Below are positions 19,531-28,120 of a stretch of 64,000 nucleotides of DNA, piece by piece. The stretch's first letter is position 1. Every line of letters starts with the position of its first letter. The stretch comes from Thermoplasmatota archaeon. GTDB taxonomy: Archaea; Thermoplasmatota; Penumbrarchaeia; Penumbrarchaeales; Penumbrarchaeaceae. Location: assembly GCA_049472215.1 (NCBI GenBank), contig JBLIRH010000002.1, positions 23,815 through 87,814 of the forward strand. Reading direction: 5' to 3'. The notes beneath the pieces were generated by a model. That model was not told the origin of the DNA. It made no database searches and saw nothing but the letters and a program-made list of their open reading frames with translations. Position numbers and translations under genes: made by a program.

Positions 19531-19881
19531 ATGATGACGGAATATATCGAGGAAGAGCAGGAGAAGAAGGGGTTCTTCGAATGGTTCAGGTCCCTTTTCC
19601 GGGGTAAGGAGGAAGAGGAAGGGGAGGTCCAGGAAGCTCCGAAATACAAACGAAAGCTCCTGGACGGAAGGATCGAGAAGTACCTGGACCAGAACATGGA
19701 CGCCTACATCCAGGAGTACGGCATACTCACAGGCCTTGACATCGAATCCTACGAGATGAGATATACGAGTCTCACTTCAAAGATCTCGGGAATGAAGGAG
19801 TACATGATCGACGCTGACGCCCAGATATCGGCGATGGAAAAGGAACTGGCACAGGTCCAGACCGCATCTAAAAAGAAGTAG
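19531..19881 (+). CDS. Charged coiled-coil protein
   Basis: EKKGFFEWFRSLFRGKEEEEG...ISAMEKELAQVQTASKKK; 9 nt after previous stop. Confidence 0.5.
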   Translation: MMTEYIEEEQEKKGFFEWFRSLFRGKEEEEGEVQEAPKYKRKLLDGRIEKYLDQNMDAYIQEYGILTGLDIESYEMRYTSLTSKISGMKEYMIDADAQISAMEKELAQVQTASKKK

Positions 19882-19893
19882 GAGTGGAACCGA

Positions 19894-20382
19894 ATGCTGG
19901 CAAAGCTGATAGAGGATTACAAGGTAGTGAACTCGGTCGGTAACCACGTTGGAAAGATCAAGGACATCTACATTGACCTCAACAAATGGATGATCGTTGG
20001 GTTCGAGATCTCACCGGGAGCCCTGAAGAAGGATTTCATGATAAAGGTAGAGGATGTCGTCAAGTTCGACGAGGGAGACAAGATAGTGATCGTTAACGAC
20101 GAGTTCGAGACCCTAGATGCCCCGGAACACCCGATGAGGGAGAGATATCCCTTCGACGAGCTGAAAAAACATCCGGTACTTGATTCCGATGGGGAGAAGG
20201 TGGGAAAGATCTACAACCTCGAGATACCCTTCGAGAAGCTCAGGACCTTCAAAGTATGGAAGGTTCTCATCAGGACAGGTATATCCGAGAGAAGGCTAAG
20301 ATTGAACCCTTCGGAGATCGTAGAGATAATGGACGATATCAAGCTGGCCAAGACCGAGGAAGAATATCAGGGTATCGAGTAG
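19894..20382 (+). CDS. Tandem PRC-barrel domain protein
   Basis: VVNSVGNHVGKIKDIYIDLNKWMIVGFEI...VVKFDEGDKIVI and HPVLDSDGEKVGKIYNLEIP...KVWKVLIRTG: two PRC-barrel-like units. Confidence 0.6.
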   Translation: MLAKLIEDYKVVNSVGNHVGKIKDIYIDLNKWMIVGFEISPGALKKDFMIKVEDVVKFDEGDKIVIVNDEFETLDAPEHPMRERYPFDELKKHPVLDSDGEKVGKIYNLEIPFEKLRTFKVWKVLIRTGISERRLRLNPSEIVEIMDDIKLAKTEEEYQGIE

Positions 20383-20519
20383 CCTCTCACGGGTCATACC
20401 GGTCCTTGGTATGGGACTTTAACTTCGGATACGTCCCGTTCAGTTCAAGGGCCCTAAAAATGCCTAGTACTGTGAAAAATATATAACGAAGATACTTCAT
20501 CCACGGTCAAATCAAAGAG

Positions 20520-21128
20520 GTGAACCGGATGCCAACCACGGAGAAGATGATAAAACAGGTGCTGGAACTCCGGGAGAAAGGACTATCCAGGGAAGATATC
20601 GCGAAGGAGCTTCACCTGTCAGAGGAGACCGTAGGATGGCTGCTCTCACGGGGAGAGGGATCGGAGAAACCACCTGCGGACATCTATATCGGATGGAGGT
20701 CCATGGGGGTATATTCTTCGAGGCTCACGCATATGGCCAGGATCTTCTCGGACATCATTCTCGAAGAGTGCGCTAAGCATGATATGGACGTCGATGCGAT
20801 AATGGGGGTCGCCATAAACGGCATTCCGCTGGCAACCACCATCGCCAACGAGATGGACGTCGAACTGGTACTCTTCAGGCCAAAACGGGGTGAGGATACC
20901 GGTGAGGCAGTTGGATCGATCCTTTCCAATTTCGCTGGTGTTAGGGATAAGAGGGTGGTTATAGTGGATGACGTCCTATCCACCGGATCCACGATGAAGA
21001 ACGCCATCGAGTTCCTCAAGGCAAATCAGGGAGAGCCTGCCCTCTGCCTCGCGATCGTGAACAAACAGAACTTCGACCAGATAGACGGGGTACCAGTAAG
21101 GGCCCTTATAAGGACGCATGTCGTTTGA
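20520..21128 (+). CDS. gfcR: GfcR-like PRTase-family transcriptional regulator (HTH + orotate phosphoribosyltransferase-like domain)
   Basis: N-terminal HTH GLSREDIAKELHLSEETVGWLLSRG; PRPP motif KRVVIVDDVLSTGSTMKNAI. Confidence 0.75.
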   Translation: MNRMPTTEKMIKQVLELREKGLSREDIAKELHLSEETVGWLLSRGEGSEKPPADIYIGWRSMGVYSSRLTHMARIFSDIILEECAKHDMDVDAIMGVAINGIPLATTIANEMDVELVLFRPKRGEDTGEAVGSILSNFAGVRDKRVVIVDDVLSTGSTMKNAIEFLKANQGEPALCLAIVNKQNFDQIDGVPVRALIRTHVV

Positions 21129-21149
21129 GGCCGTATCCTTGGTGATCGA

Positions 21150-22724
21150 ATGCACTGGGCTGACGTTATAGCTGGAAGGCTGAAGGATTCGGGCGGTCCC
21201 CACAGGATAGCTACGGGTATTACCCCTTCGGGACACATCCACGTGGGGAACATGAGGGAGATACTCACCGGAGACCTTGTCCATCGCGCCTCCAGGGAGC
21301 TTGGTGTGGATTCGACCTTGTATTACCTTGCTGATGATTTCGATCCTCTGAGGAAGGTCTATCCGTTCCTGCCCGATGAATACTCCGATCATATTGGAAA
21401 ACCCCTTTCGGAGATACCTTCCCCTGAGGGGGGCGGGAAGACCTATGCCCAGTATTTCCTGGAACCATTCCTGGAATCGGTCGAGGAGCTGGGGATCGAA
21501 CCGGTCGTGCTCCCCTCGAGCGAGTCATACAGGGAGGGAAAATACTCCCAGGCCATTGCGATCCTTCTCGATAAAAGAGAGGAGGCAAGGGAGATCCTGA
21601 ACAGGGTGTCCGGCAGGGACCTTCCCGATGACTGGTTCCCATACAACGCCAAATGTCCTTCCTGCGGAAGGATCAGCTCCACTCAGGCCTTTGAATGGTC
21701 AGCCCCATATGTCCTTTACAGATGCAGGTGCGGTCATGAGGGGAAAGCGGATACAAGGACGGATGACGGCAAGCTCCCCTGGAGGCTGGACTGGCCGGCA
21801 AGATGGTACTGGTTGGGAGTTACCTGCGAACCCTTCGGAAAGGACCATGCGGCATCCGGCGGCTCCTACGATACTTCCTCCGAGATCATCCGCAGGATCT
21901 TCGGAAGGGAGCCCCCGATACCTGTTGTATACGAATGGATACAGCTCAAGGGAAAGGGAGCCATGTCCTCATCGAGCGGGGTCGTCGTAAGCGGTGTGGA
22001 CATGCTTAGAATGACTCCCCCGGAGGTGCTCAGGTTCCTCATAGCAAGGAACCAGCCGGCAAGGCATATCGACATGGACCCCGGTCTCGGTATACTCAAC
22101 CTGGTGGACGAGTTCGACCGTTACGAGGAGAACTTCTACAAGGATGAGAGCGGGGACGATCCCGATGACATGAAGAGGACCTATATGCTCTCGATGGTGA
22201 GCGATGCCAAGGACAGGGAGCATATGGAGCATCTTGTGAACGTTCCCTACAGACACCTTGTAACGCTCACCCAGCTTTCAACGGACCTTGACCGGATGGT
22301 CGATATGATCAAGCGGTCCGAGGGGATCGAGGAGCTGTCGGGCGCATCGCTGGAAAGACTTATCCACAGGAAAGCATGCGTCGATTTCTGGCTGGAGCGG
22401 TTCGCACCGGAGGGGGTCAGGTTCGAGCTGTACGAAGAACCTCCGCTCGAGGAGATCGAGAAGCTGAACACAGAGATGAGGGCGGCCCTCGAGGGAATGT
22501 ATCAGGACTTCCAGGGCATCCCCTGGGACGGGGAGAACATCCATAATACGATATACGAGGGTTCGAGGGCAAGAGACATCGAACCCGGGACCACTTTCAA
22601 GGCCTTCTATAGGATACTCCTGGGCAGGGACAGGGGTCCAAGGCTTGGTTTCTTCCTTTCCACGATGGAAAAGGAGGAGGTCCTGAGGAAGCTCAAGATA
22701 GTCCTCGGTAAGAATGGGAATTGA
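21150..22724 (+). CDS. lysS: Lysyl-tRNA synthetase, class I
   Basis: HWADVIAGRLKDSGGPHRIATGITPSGHIHVGNMREILTGD; GAMSSSSG near KMSKS position; Cys4 zinc motif CPSCGR...CRCGHEG. Confidence 0.9.
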   Translation: MHWADVIAGRLKDSGGPHRIATGITPSGHIHVGNMREILTGDLVHRASRELGVDSTLYYLADDFDPLRKVYPFLPDEYSDHIGKPLSEIPSPEGGGKTYAQYFLEPFLESVEELGIEPVVLPSSESYREGKYSQAIAILLDKREEAREILNRVSGRDLPDDWFPYNAKCPSCGRISSTQAFEWSAPYVLYRCRCGHEGKADTRTDDGKLPWRLDWPARWYWLGVTCEPFGKDHAASGGSYDTSSEIIRRIFGREPPIPVVYEWIQLKGKGAMSSSSGVVVSGVDMLRMTPPEVLRFLIARNQPARHIDMDPGLGILNLVDEFDRYEENFYKDESGDDPDDMKRTYMLSMVSDAKDREHMEHLVNVPYRHLVTLTQLSTDLDRMVDMIKRSEGIEELSGASLERLIHRKACVDFWLERFAPEGVRFELYEEPPLEEIEKLNTEMRAALEGMYQDFQGIPWDGENIHNTIYEGSRARDIEPGTTFKAFYRILLGRDRGPRLGFFLSTMEKEEVLRKLKIVLGKNGN

Positions 22725-22833
22725 CCAAGCTGTTTAATTGATACTTGTTAATGCATTATTCATATGGTAGCCTCGTCGCCTTCGAACCATAGATATATGG
22801 CTTCGCCGATATTGGCACCAGCGAGGGAAGTTC

Positions 22834-23952
22834 ATGACAAGATACAGGATCGCGGAAATGCCTGGGGACGGCGTTGGTGTCGAGGTCGTAGAGGCTGCCA
22901 AGCTCGTTCTTGACGCCGTCGGCTTCAAGGCGGAATACAGGCTTGGGGACATCGGCTGGGAGTTCTGGAAGAGCGAGGGGAATGCTCTTCCGGATAGGAC
23001 CATCGAGCTTCTTAGGAACACTGACTGCGCGCTATTCGGCGCCATCACCTCCAAGCCAAAGGACGAGGCCGCAAAGGAACTGGACCCGACCCTCATTGAT
23101 AAGGGATATGTGTACTTCTCTCCCATAGTTGGCATGAGACAGCTGTTCCAACTCCATACCAATATGCGTCCCTGCAGGTCATACACCGGCAATCCGCTGA
23201 ACGTGAAGGACGGGATCGATCTTGTCGTGTTCAGGGAGAACACCGAAGGGCTCTATGCCGGGATCGAATGGTGGCCGGTCCCGGACGAGGTTAGGGAGAC
23301 CTTCCTAAGGCATCATAAGAAATGGGGTCCTTTTCAGGAGTTCCCTAGGGAGGACGTTGCTGTTTCCCTCAGGGTCATCTCGAGGAGAGGGGCCCGGAGG
23401 ATAATCAGGTCGGGATTCGAATACGCCAGGAAGTTCAAGAAGACCAGATTGACCCTGGCAGAGAAGCCGAACGTTCTTAGGGAGACCTCCGGCCTGATGA
23501 CGAAGGTTGCCAGGGAAATGGCATCCGAATACCCGGATGTCCCGATGGACGAGGCGAACATAGACGCCATGGCGATGTGGCTTGTCAAGGACCCGGAGAA
23601 GTACCAGGTCATAGTGGCCTCCAACCTCTTCGGGGACATCCTCTCCGACCTCGGCGGGGGGCTCGTCGGGGGGCTCGGATTTGCCGCTGCAGCCAACATC
23701 GGGGATGATTATGCCGTCTTCGAACCCACACACGGCTCCGCCCCGAAATACGCGGGGCAGGGGATCGTCAACCCCATCGCGATGATACTCGCATCAAAGC
23801 TCATGCTCGATCATCTCGGAGAGACCGAGATGGGATCCGTCATCGAAGGAGCTGTCTCGGAGGTCGTCAGGGAGGGCGTGGTGAGGACAAAGGACCTGGG
23901 GGGAACGAACTCCACCATGGAGATGGCAAAGGCCATAGCTTCCAAGGTATGA
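22834..23952 (+). CDS. Isocitrate/isopropylmalate dehydrogenase family protein
   Basis: ISRRGARRIIRSGFEYAR, NLFGDILSDLGGGLVGGLG, FEPTHGSAPKYAGQGIVNPIAMI. Confidence 0.9.
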   Translation: MTRYRIAEMPGDGVGVEVVEAAKLVLDAVGFKAEYRLGDIGWEFWKSEGNALPDRTIELLRNTDCALFGAITSKPKDEAAKELDPTLIDKGYVYFSPIVGMRQLFQLHTNMRPCRSYTGNPLNVKDGIDLVVFRENTEGLYAGIEWWPVPDEVRETFLRHHKKWGPFQEFPREDVAVSLRVISRRGARRIIRSGFEYARKFKKTRLTLAEKPNVLRETSGLMTKVAREMASEYPDVPMDEANIDAMAMWLVKDPEKYQVIVASNLFGDILSDLGGGLVGGLGFAAAANIGDDYAVFEPTHGSAPKYAGQGIVNPIAMILASKLMLDHLGETEMGSVIEGAVSEVVREGVVRTKDLGGTNSTMEMAKAIASKV

Positions 23953-23964
23953 AGGGGAGGTCTA

Positions 23965-24663
23965 GTGACCAGGACCGCGGATATTAAAAAAGAGGTCAAG
24001 AAGACCTACAACGTCATCGCTCCCCATTTTGCCGCAACCAGGGAAAGGGTATGGCCTCCAACCCGAAGCATCATAAATGAACTCGCTCCATGCAGAATGG
24101 GCGACCTGGGCTGCGGGACCGGCCGGGCCCTGGTTGAAGCTGCAGAGCTTGGCTGTTCCGTAACGGGGATCGATAGTTCTACCGGTCAGCTGGAGATGGC
24201 AAGGAAATTCCTTGAGAGGTCCGGACATCTGGGTGATGCCATATTGATGGAGGGGGACCTTGAAGAACTCCCTCTGGACGACGGGGTCCTTGACCTCTGT
24301 CTGATGATCGCTGCCCTCCACCACCTGCCCGACCGGAAAGCGAGGATCAGGGCGCTCGAGGAAGCTTACAGGGTGACCGCGGACGGAGGGTCCCTTCAGG
24401 TCTCGGTATGGACATGGGACCAGGAGCGGTTTCGCGAGCAACATCTTTCGAGGATCGAAGGACGAAGGGAGCCCGACGAACATGACGGCCCCCTTTCCGG
24501 GGATTTCATGGTTCCATGGAAAAAAGGGGAGGAAGCCATCAGGTTCTATCATCTCTACGGACCTGGAGAGCTTGAAGAGGAGGTCTCATCCACGGGATGG
24601 ACGCTCCTGAGGAGCTTCTTCGACGGAAGGAACCACTGGGTGGAATGCCTCAAAGCCCCCTGA
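23965..24663 (+). CDS. SAM-dependent methyltransferase, Trm9/ALKBH8-like
   Basis: TYNVIAPHFAATRERVWPPTRSII...MGDLGCGTGRALVEAAELGCSVTGIDSS...EAIRFYHLYGPGELEEEVSSTGW. Confidence 0.65.
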   Translation: MTRTADIKKEVKKTYNVIAPHFAATRERVWPPTRSIINELAPCRMGDLGCGTGRALVEAAELGCSVTGIDSSTGQLEMARKFLERSGHLGDAILMEGDLEELPLDDGVLDLCLMIAALHHLPDRKARIRALEEAYRVTADGGSLQVSVWTWDQERFREQHLSRIEGRREPDEHDGPLSGDFMVPWKKGEEAIRFYHLYGPGELEEEVSSTGWTLLRSFFDGRNHWVECLKAP

Positions 24664-26833
24664 CGTTGCCGACATGACCCTCCGAGGCTCCGTCCTCCTC
24701 GAACTCTTCCGATGGCTTCTTCGGAGGTCTGTACCTGATCATGAAGAATGCGGCAACGCCCAGCACCACAAGCAGGAGGAGGATCACTATGAGGACGAAT
24801 ACCCCGGGTCCCGAACCCTTGTCTGTCTCTATGTCTATGTCGTCATCATCGTCGACCGGCTCCTGGGGATTCACCCTAAGTGTTCTCTCGGATGTTACGA
24901 TCTCCCTCCCGTCGATCTCGATCTCGAACCTGTAGGTATGGGTTCCCTTGTCGAGCTTCATGGTCCTTGTCAGGTTCATGCCGTCGATCGGGTCTCCGCT
25001 CTCGATATCGAGTGTGAACTCATCACCGTCCACCACGACCTTCTGGACGTCGGGACTTCTCCCCAGACCGTAGCGGAAATGGACGAAGAAGGTCACATCA
25101 TCCCCTTCAAAAGGTCCCTCGGGAATGTAACCGTCAAGGATGATCTGAGGATCGTAGACATCGGGACCCATCAATTCCCCGTTCCTGGGATACCGGAAGG
25201 TCGATCCGTCGATCTCTGCCAAGAAATAATAGCTGTGCGACCCTGAAGACATCATCGTCGAAGTCCTGAACTCCACTCCGGAGGAAGGATCGGTACCTTC
25301 GGTTGCCATACCATCGACCAGCTCCTCCCCGTCGTCCACGAACAGATAGACATCATCGGGCATCCTTCCCCGCGGGTCCTTCCAGTGAATGGTGAAAGTG
25401 AACAAAGTGTCGGTGTTCCCCTCCTCGAGGTCCAATGACGGGCCGTAGAGGACGGGATCCTCGGGAGAGGTGACCATCGGTCCGCTGTATTCTCCTGTCC
25501 CCGGAAGCCTCTGACCGTCAACCTCGAAATGATATGAATGGGATCCTTCAGCAAGAGTTCCAGACCAGGAATAGACCGCTCCGGACAGAATGTCCCCCGA
25601 TCCCTTCTCCATCGAGTTCCGGGACCCATCCACGAAAACGTTTACAACAGCAGGGACGTCCCCTTCAATGTCCCTGACAGTGATCCTGAATTCGAAAACC
25701 GTATCGATGTCCCCTCGTTCCGGATCGACCCCCCCCATGCTCAGCTCATGCGGATCGTCGACCGGGTTCACGATCACGGTTACCTCGGAGCTGACAGGAT
25801 CGTGCTGTCGGTCGGTAGCTGAGAGATTGAAGCTGAAGGTCCCATGCTCGTTCGCGGGAGGGACGATGACGATGCTGTCGCCGTCGATGTCCACCTCGAG
25901 GGGGGCGGTATCACTTGCGGAGTAGTCAAGTGCGTCACCGTCCGGATCGGTGAAGTAGAGGTTGGGGTCCAGGTCAGAATATACCTCGTCCTCGTCGATG
26001 GTGATGTCGGGGATCTCGGAAGCGACAGGGGGGCTGTTATCACCCGCGGTCTTCAGGACCAGCTCCTGGACCAGAACGTTACCTTCCCCGTAGGGGGCAT
26101 AGGTCTCCCACTTCACCCACCAGCCGACCGCGTCGGAATAGTAGAGGGTGGAGTTGTGAACGGTCTCCATCCCCTCCGTTTCCTTCATCTCCTTTACCAC
26201 GTAGACATCATGTATCGTGCCCCCCAAACTCAGGGTGGTCTGGTTGGAGCAGTACCTCCAGTGTACGTAGGTCTCGTCCGAGGTTCCCGAATCTATCGTC
26301 GATCCTCCCGATGTCAATGTCCATGAAGTTATGGACCTTACTTCATCGGTCCACGATGTCTGGGGGGCATCGGATCTCAGTGGGAACTTCACCCATCGGA
26401 AGTATGGGAGATCTATATCCGTCGAAGAGCTGTTCGTTCCGGAGATCCCGGATCCATCGACCACGCGGGTCAGCTCCCTCGTCGACCTGACCATCGAGAG
26501 GTCGTCCTGCTTGTAATACGCCTCCCATGTCCCGGATTCGTCTCCTGTGCCGTCCGGAGTGACGAACTCTCCCGTGATCGTGCCCGATACCTTGAAGATA
26601 TCCATCGAGTTCCATATGCCCGTGGCAACGCTCGCCGTCTGGACCCCGGTTCTGCTCGAGGTACCGTCCGGGCTCCATTCACTGTAGGACCATTCGAGAT
26701 AGGTCCCCTGCTGGAGCGAGGGGGCGTCTATCTTTCTGGACGGGGGTCCCGAAAAAACCATCGGTGATATCATGGTAAGCATGAACAGGGATACTGCTAG
26801 AAGCGCGAGGAGCCTCTTCCCCGACGGTTGCAT
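24650..26833 (-). CDS. Membrane-anchored extracellular protein with Ig/cadherin-like domains
   Basis: Signal peptide MQPSGKRLLALLAVSLFMLTMISPMVFS; DYSASDTAPLEVDIDGDSIVIVPPANEHGTFSFNLSATD; C-terminal TM GVFVLIVILLLLVVLGVAAFFMI; converges with and overlaps the methyltransferase end by 14 nt. Confidence 0.8.
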   Translation of the reverse strand: MQPSGKRLLALLAVSLFMLTMISPMVFSGPPSRKIDAPSLQQGTYLEWSYSEWSPDGTSSRTGVQTASVATGIWNSMDIFKVSGTITGEFVTPDGTGDESGTWEAYYKQDDLSMVRSTRELTRVVDGSGISGTNSSSTDIDLPYFRWVKFPLRSDAPQTSWTDEVRSITSWTLTSGGSTIDSGTSDETYVHWRYCSNQTTLSLGGTIHDVYVVKEMKETEGMETVHNSTLYYSDAVGWWVKWETYAPYGEGNVLVQELVLKTAGDNSPPVASEIPDITIDEDEVYSDLDPNLYFTDPDGDALDYSASDTAPLEVDIDGDSIVIVPPANEHGTFSFNLSATDRQHDPVSSEVTVIVNPVDDPHELSMGGVDPERGDIDTVFEFRITVRDIEGDVPAVVNVFVDGSRNSMEKGSGDILSGAVYSWSGTLAEGSHSYHFEVDGQRLPGTGEYSGPMVTSPEDPVLYGPSLDLEEGNTDTLFTFTIHWKDPRGRMPDDVYLFVDDGEELVDGMATEGTDPSSGVEFRTSTMMSSGSHSYYFLAEIDGSTFRYPRNGELMGPDVYDPQIILDGYIPEGPFEGDDVTFFVHFRYGLGRSPDVQKVVVDGDEFTLDIESGDPIDGMNLTRTMKLDKGTHTYRFEIEIDGREIVTSERTLRVNPQEPVDDDDDIDIETDKGSGPGVFVLIVILLLLVVLGVAAFFMIRYRPPKKPSEEFEEDGASEGHVGNVRGL

Positions 26834-26927
26834 GCGGATGAAATCATTACAGATGATATTAACGCTTTCGGGCTGTAAGTGAAAGCATCGATGGATTTAA
26901 GGAGCGTTCCGCTTTTCGGAGGGACCG

Positions 26928-28073
26928 ATGAAAAAGCTCGGCTTCGTCGTGAACCCAATAGCAGGCATGGGCGGGAAGGTCGGTCTCAAAGGCACCGACG
27001 GCGTTGTCGAGGAAGCGATATCGATGGGAGCCGAACCTCGTGCGCCGGATCGGGCTCTGGAGGCCTTGATCAGGCTCCGGGAGGCGTTCACACGCCACCG
27101 TCTCAAGGAAGACATACTGTGGCTTACCGCTGGAAATGAAATGGGAGAGAACGAACTGGTCTCACTTGATGTGAACGAGTGGAACATCAGAAGGGTCCAC
27201 ACACCAAGCGACCACACGACAGCTGAGGATACAAGGGAATTCGTGAGAAAGGCGATCGAAGAGGGAGCCGAGCTCATTGTCTTCTGCGGAGGGGACGGAA
27301 CGGCAAGGGACGTGTTCGAAGCTGCGGGGAAGAACCCGATCTTCGGGATCCCCTCCGGTGTGAAGATGCATTCCGGGGTGTTTGCTATCGATCCGGTCAC
27401 TGCGGGGGAGCTTCTGGAGTTCTATATCCGGGGGGAGATGACCACGGGGGAAGGCGAGATCATGGACCTGGACGAGGAAAGGTACAGGAAGGGGGATTGG
27501 AACATCAGGTTGTACGGGATCGCCACGACGCTGTACGAGCCCGCTTTCATTCAGACGGGAAAGTTCATGATGGCCGAGCAGGAGGTCGCAACATTCCTCG
27601 AGGAGATCGCGGATGACATCGCGGAGCGGATGGAGGAAGAGCCCGGGTCCGTTTTCATACTGGGTCCTGGGGGGACCCTGGAATCAATAGGCGAGAGGAT
27701 CGGGATCGACAAGACCCTTCTGGGAGTAGATGTCGCCAGGGGGATCGAGCAGATAGGAAAGGACTGCGGAGAGAAGAAGCTGCTTTCTATCCTGGATGAT
27801 CTACCGGAAGGGACACCGGTCTATCTCGTCGTCTCCCCGATAGGTGGGCAGGGCTTCTTCCTTGGAAGGGGGAATCTTCAGGTCAGCCCCGAGATCATCC
27901 GGAGGATCGGTCTGAGGAACATAATTATCGTTTCCGTCCCACAGAAACTTGACATGACCGATGCCCTGAGGATCGATACGGGGGACCACCTGCTGGATAT
28001 GGAGATCAGAAAGGCAGGGAGCCTCAAGGTCCTCACAGGCTACAGGACATACAGACTTAAGAAAATTAAATAA
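26928..28073 (+). CDS. ATP-NAD kinase family protein (AcoX-like archaeal type)
   Basis: KKLGFVVNPIAGMGGKVGLKGTDG...AELIVFCGGDGTARDVFEAAG...IFGIPSGVKMHSGVFA. Confidence 0.85.
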   Translation: MKKLGFVVNPIAGMGGKVGLKGTDGVVEEAISMGAEPRAPDRALEALIRLREAFTRHRLKEDILWLTAGNEMGENELVSLDVNEWNIRRVHTPSDHTTAEDTREFVRKAIEEGAELIVFCGGDGTARDVFEAAGKNPIFGIPSGVKMHSGVFAIDPVTAGELLEFYIRGEMTTGEGEIMDLDEERYRKGDWNIRLYGIATTLYEPAFIQTGKFMMAEQEVATFLEEIADDIAERMEEEPGSVFILGPGGTLESIGERIGIDKTLLGVDVARGIEQIGKDCGEKKLLSILDDLPEGTPVYLVVSPIGGQGFFLGRGNLQVSPEIIRRIGLRNIIIVSVPQKLDMTDALRIDTGDHLLDMEIRKAGSLKVLTGYRTYRLKKIK

Positions 28074-28100
28074 AAAAAAAAGGAGGCCGGAAGGCCTCCT
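28072..28100 (-). terminator. Hairpin + T-tract terminator-like element for the minus-strand gene
   Basis: On minus strand AGGAGGCC TTCC GGCCTCCT TTTTTTTTT: 8-bp GC-rich stem at 28081-28100 followed by a 10-nt T run (28081-28072). Confidence 0.6.
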
Positions 28101-28120
28101 CATCCTTTATTGCGTTCTCC

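Noticed and set aside
21265-22256. Minus-strand ORFs opposite lysS
   Set aside because: Antisense to a clear class I lysyl-tRNA synthetase.
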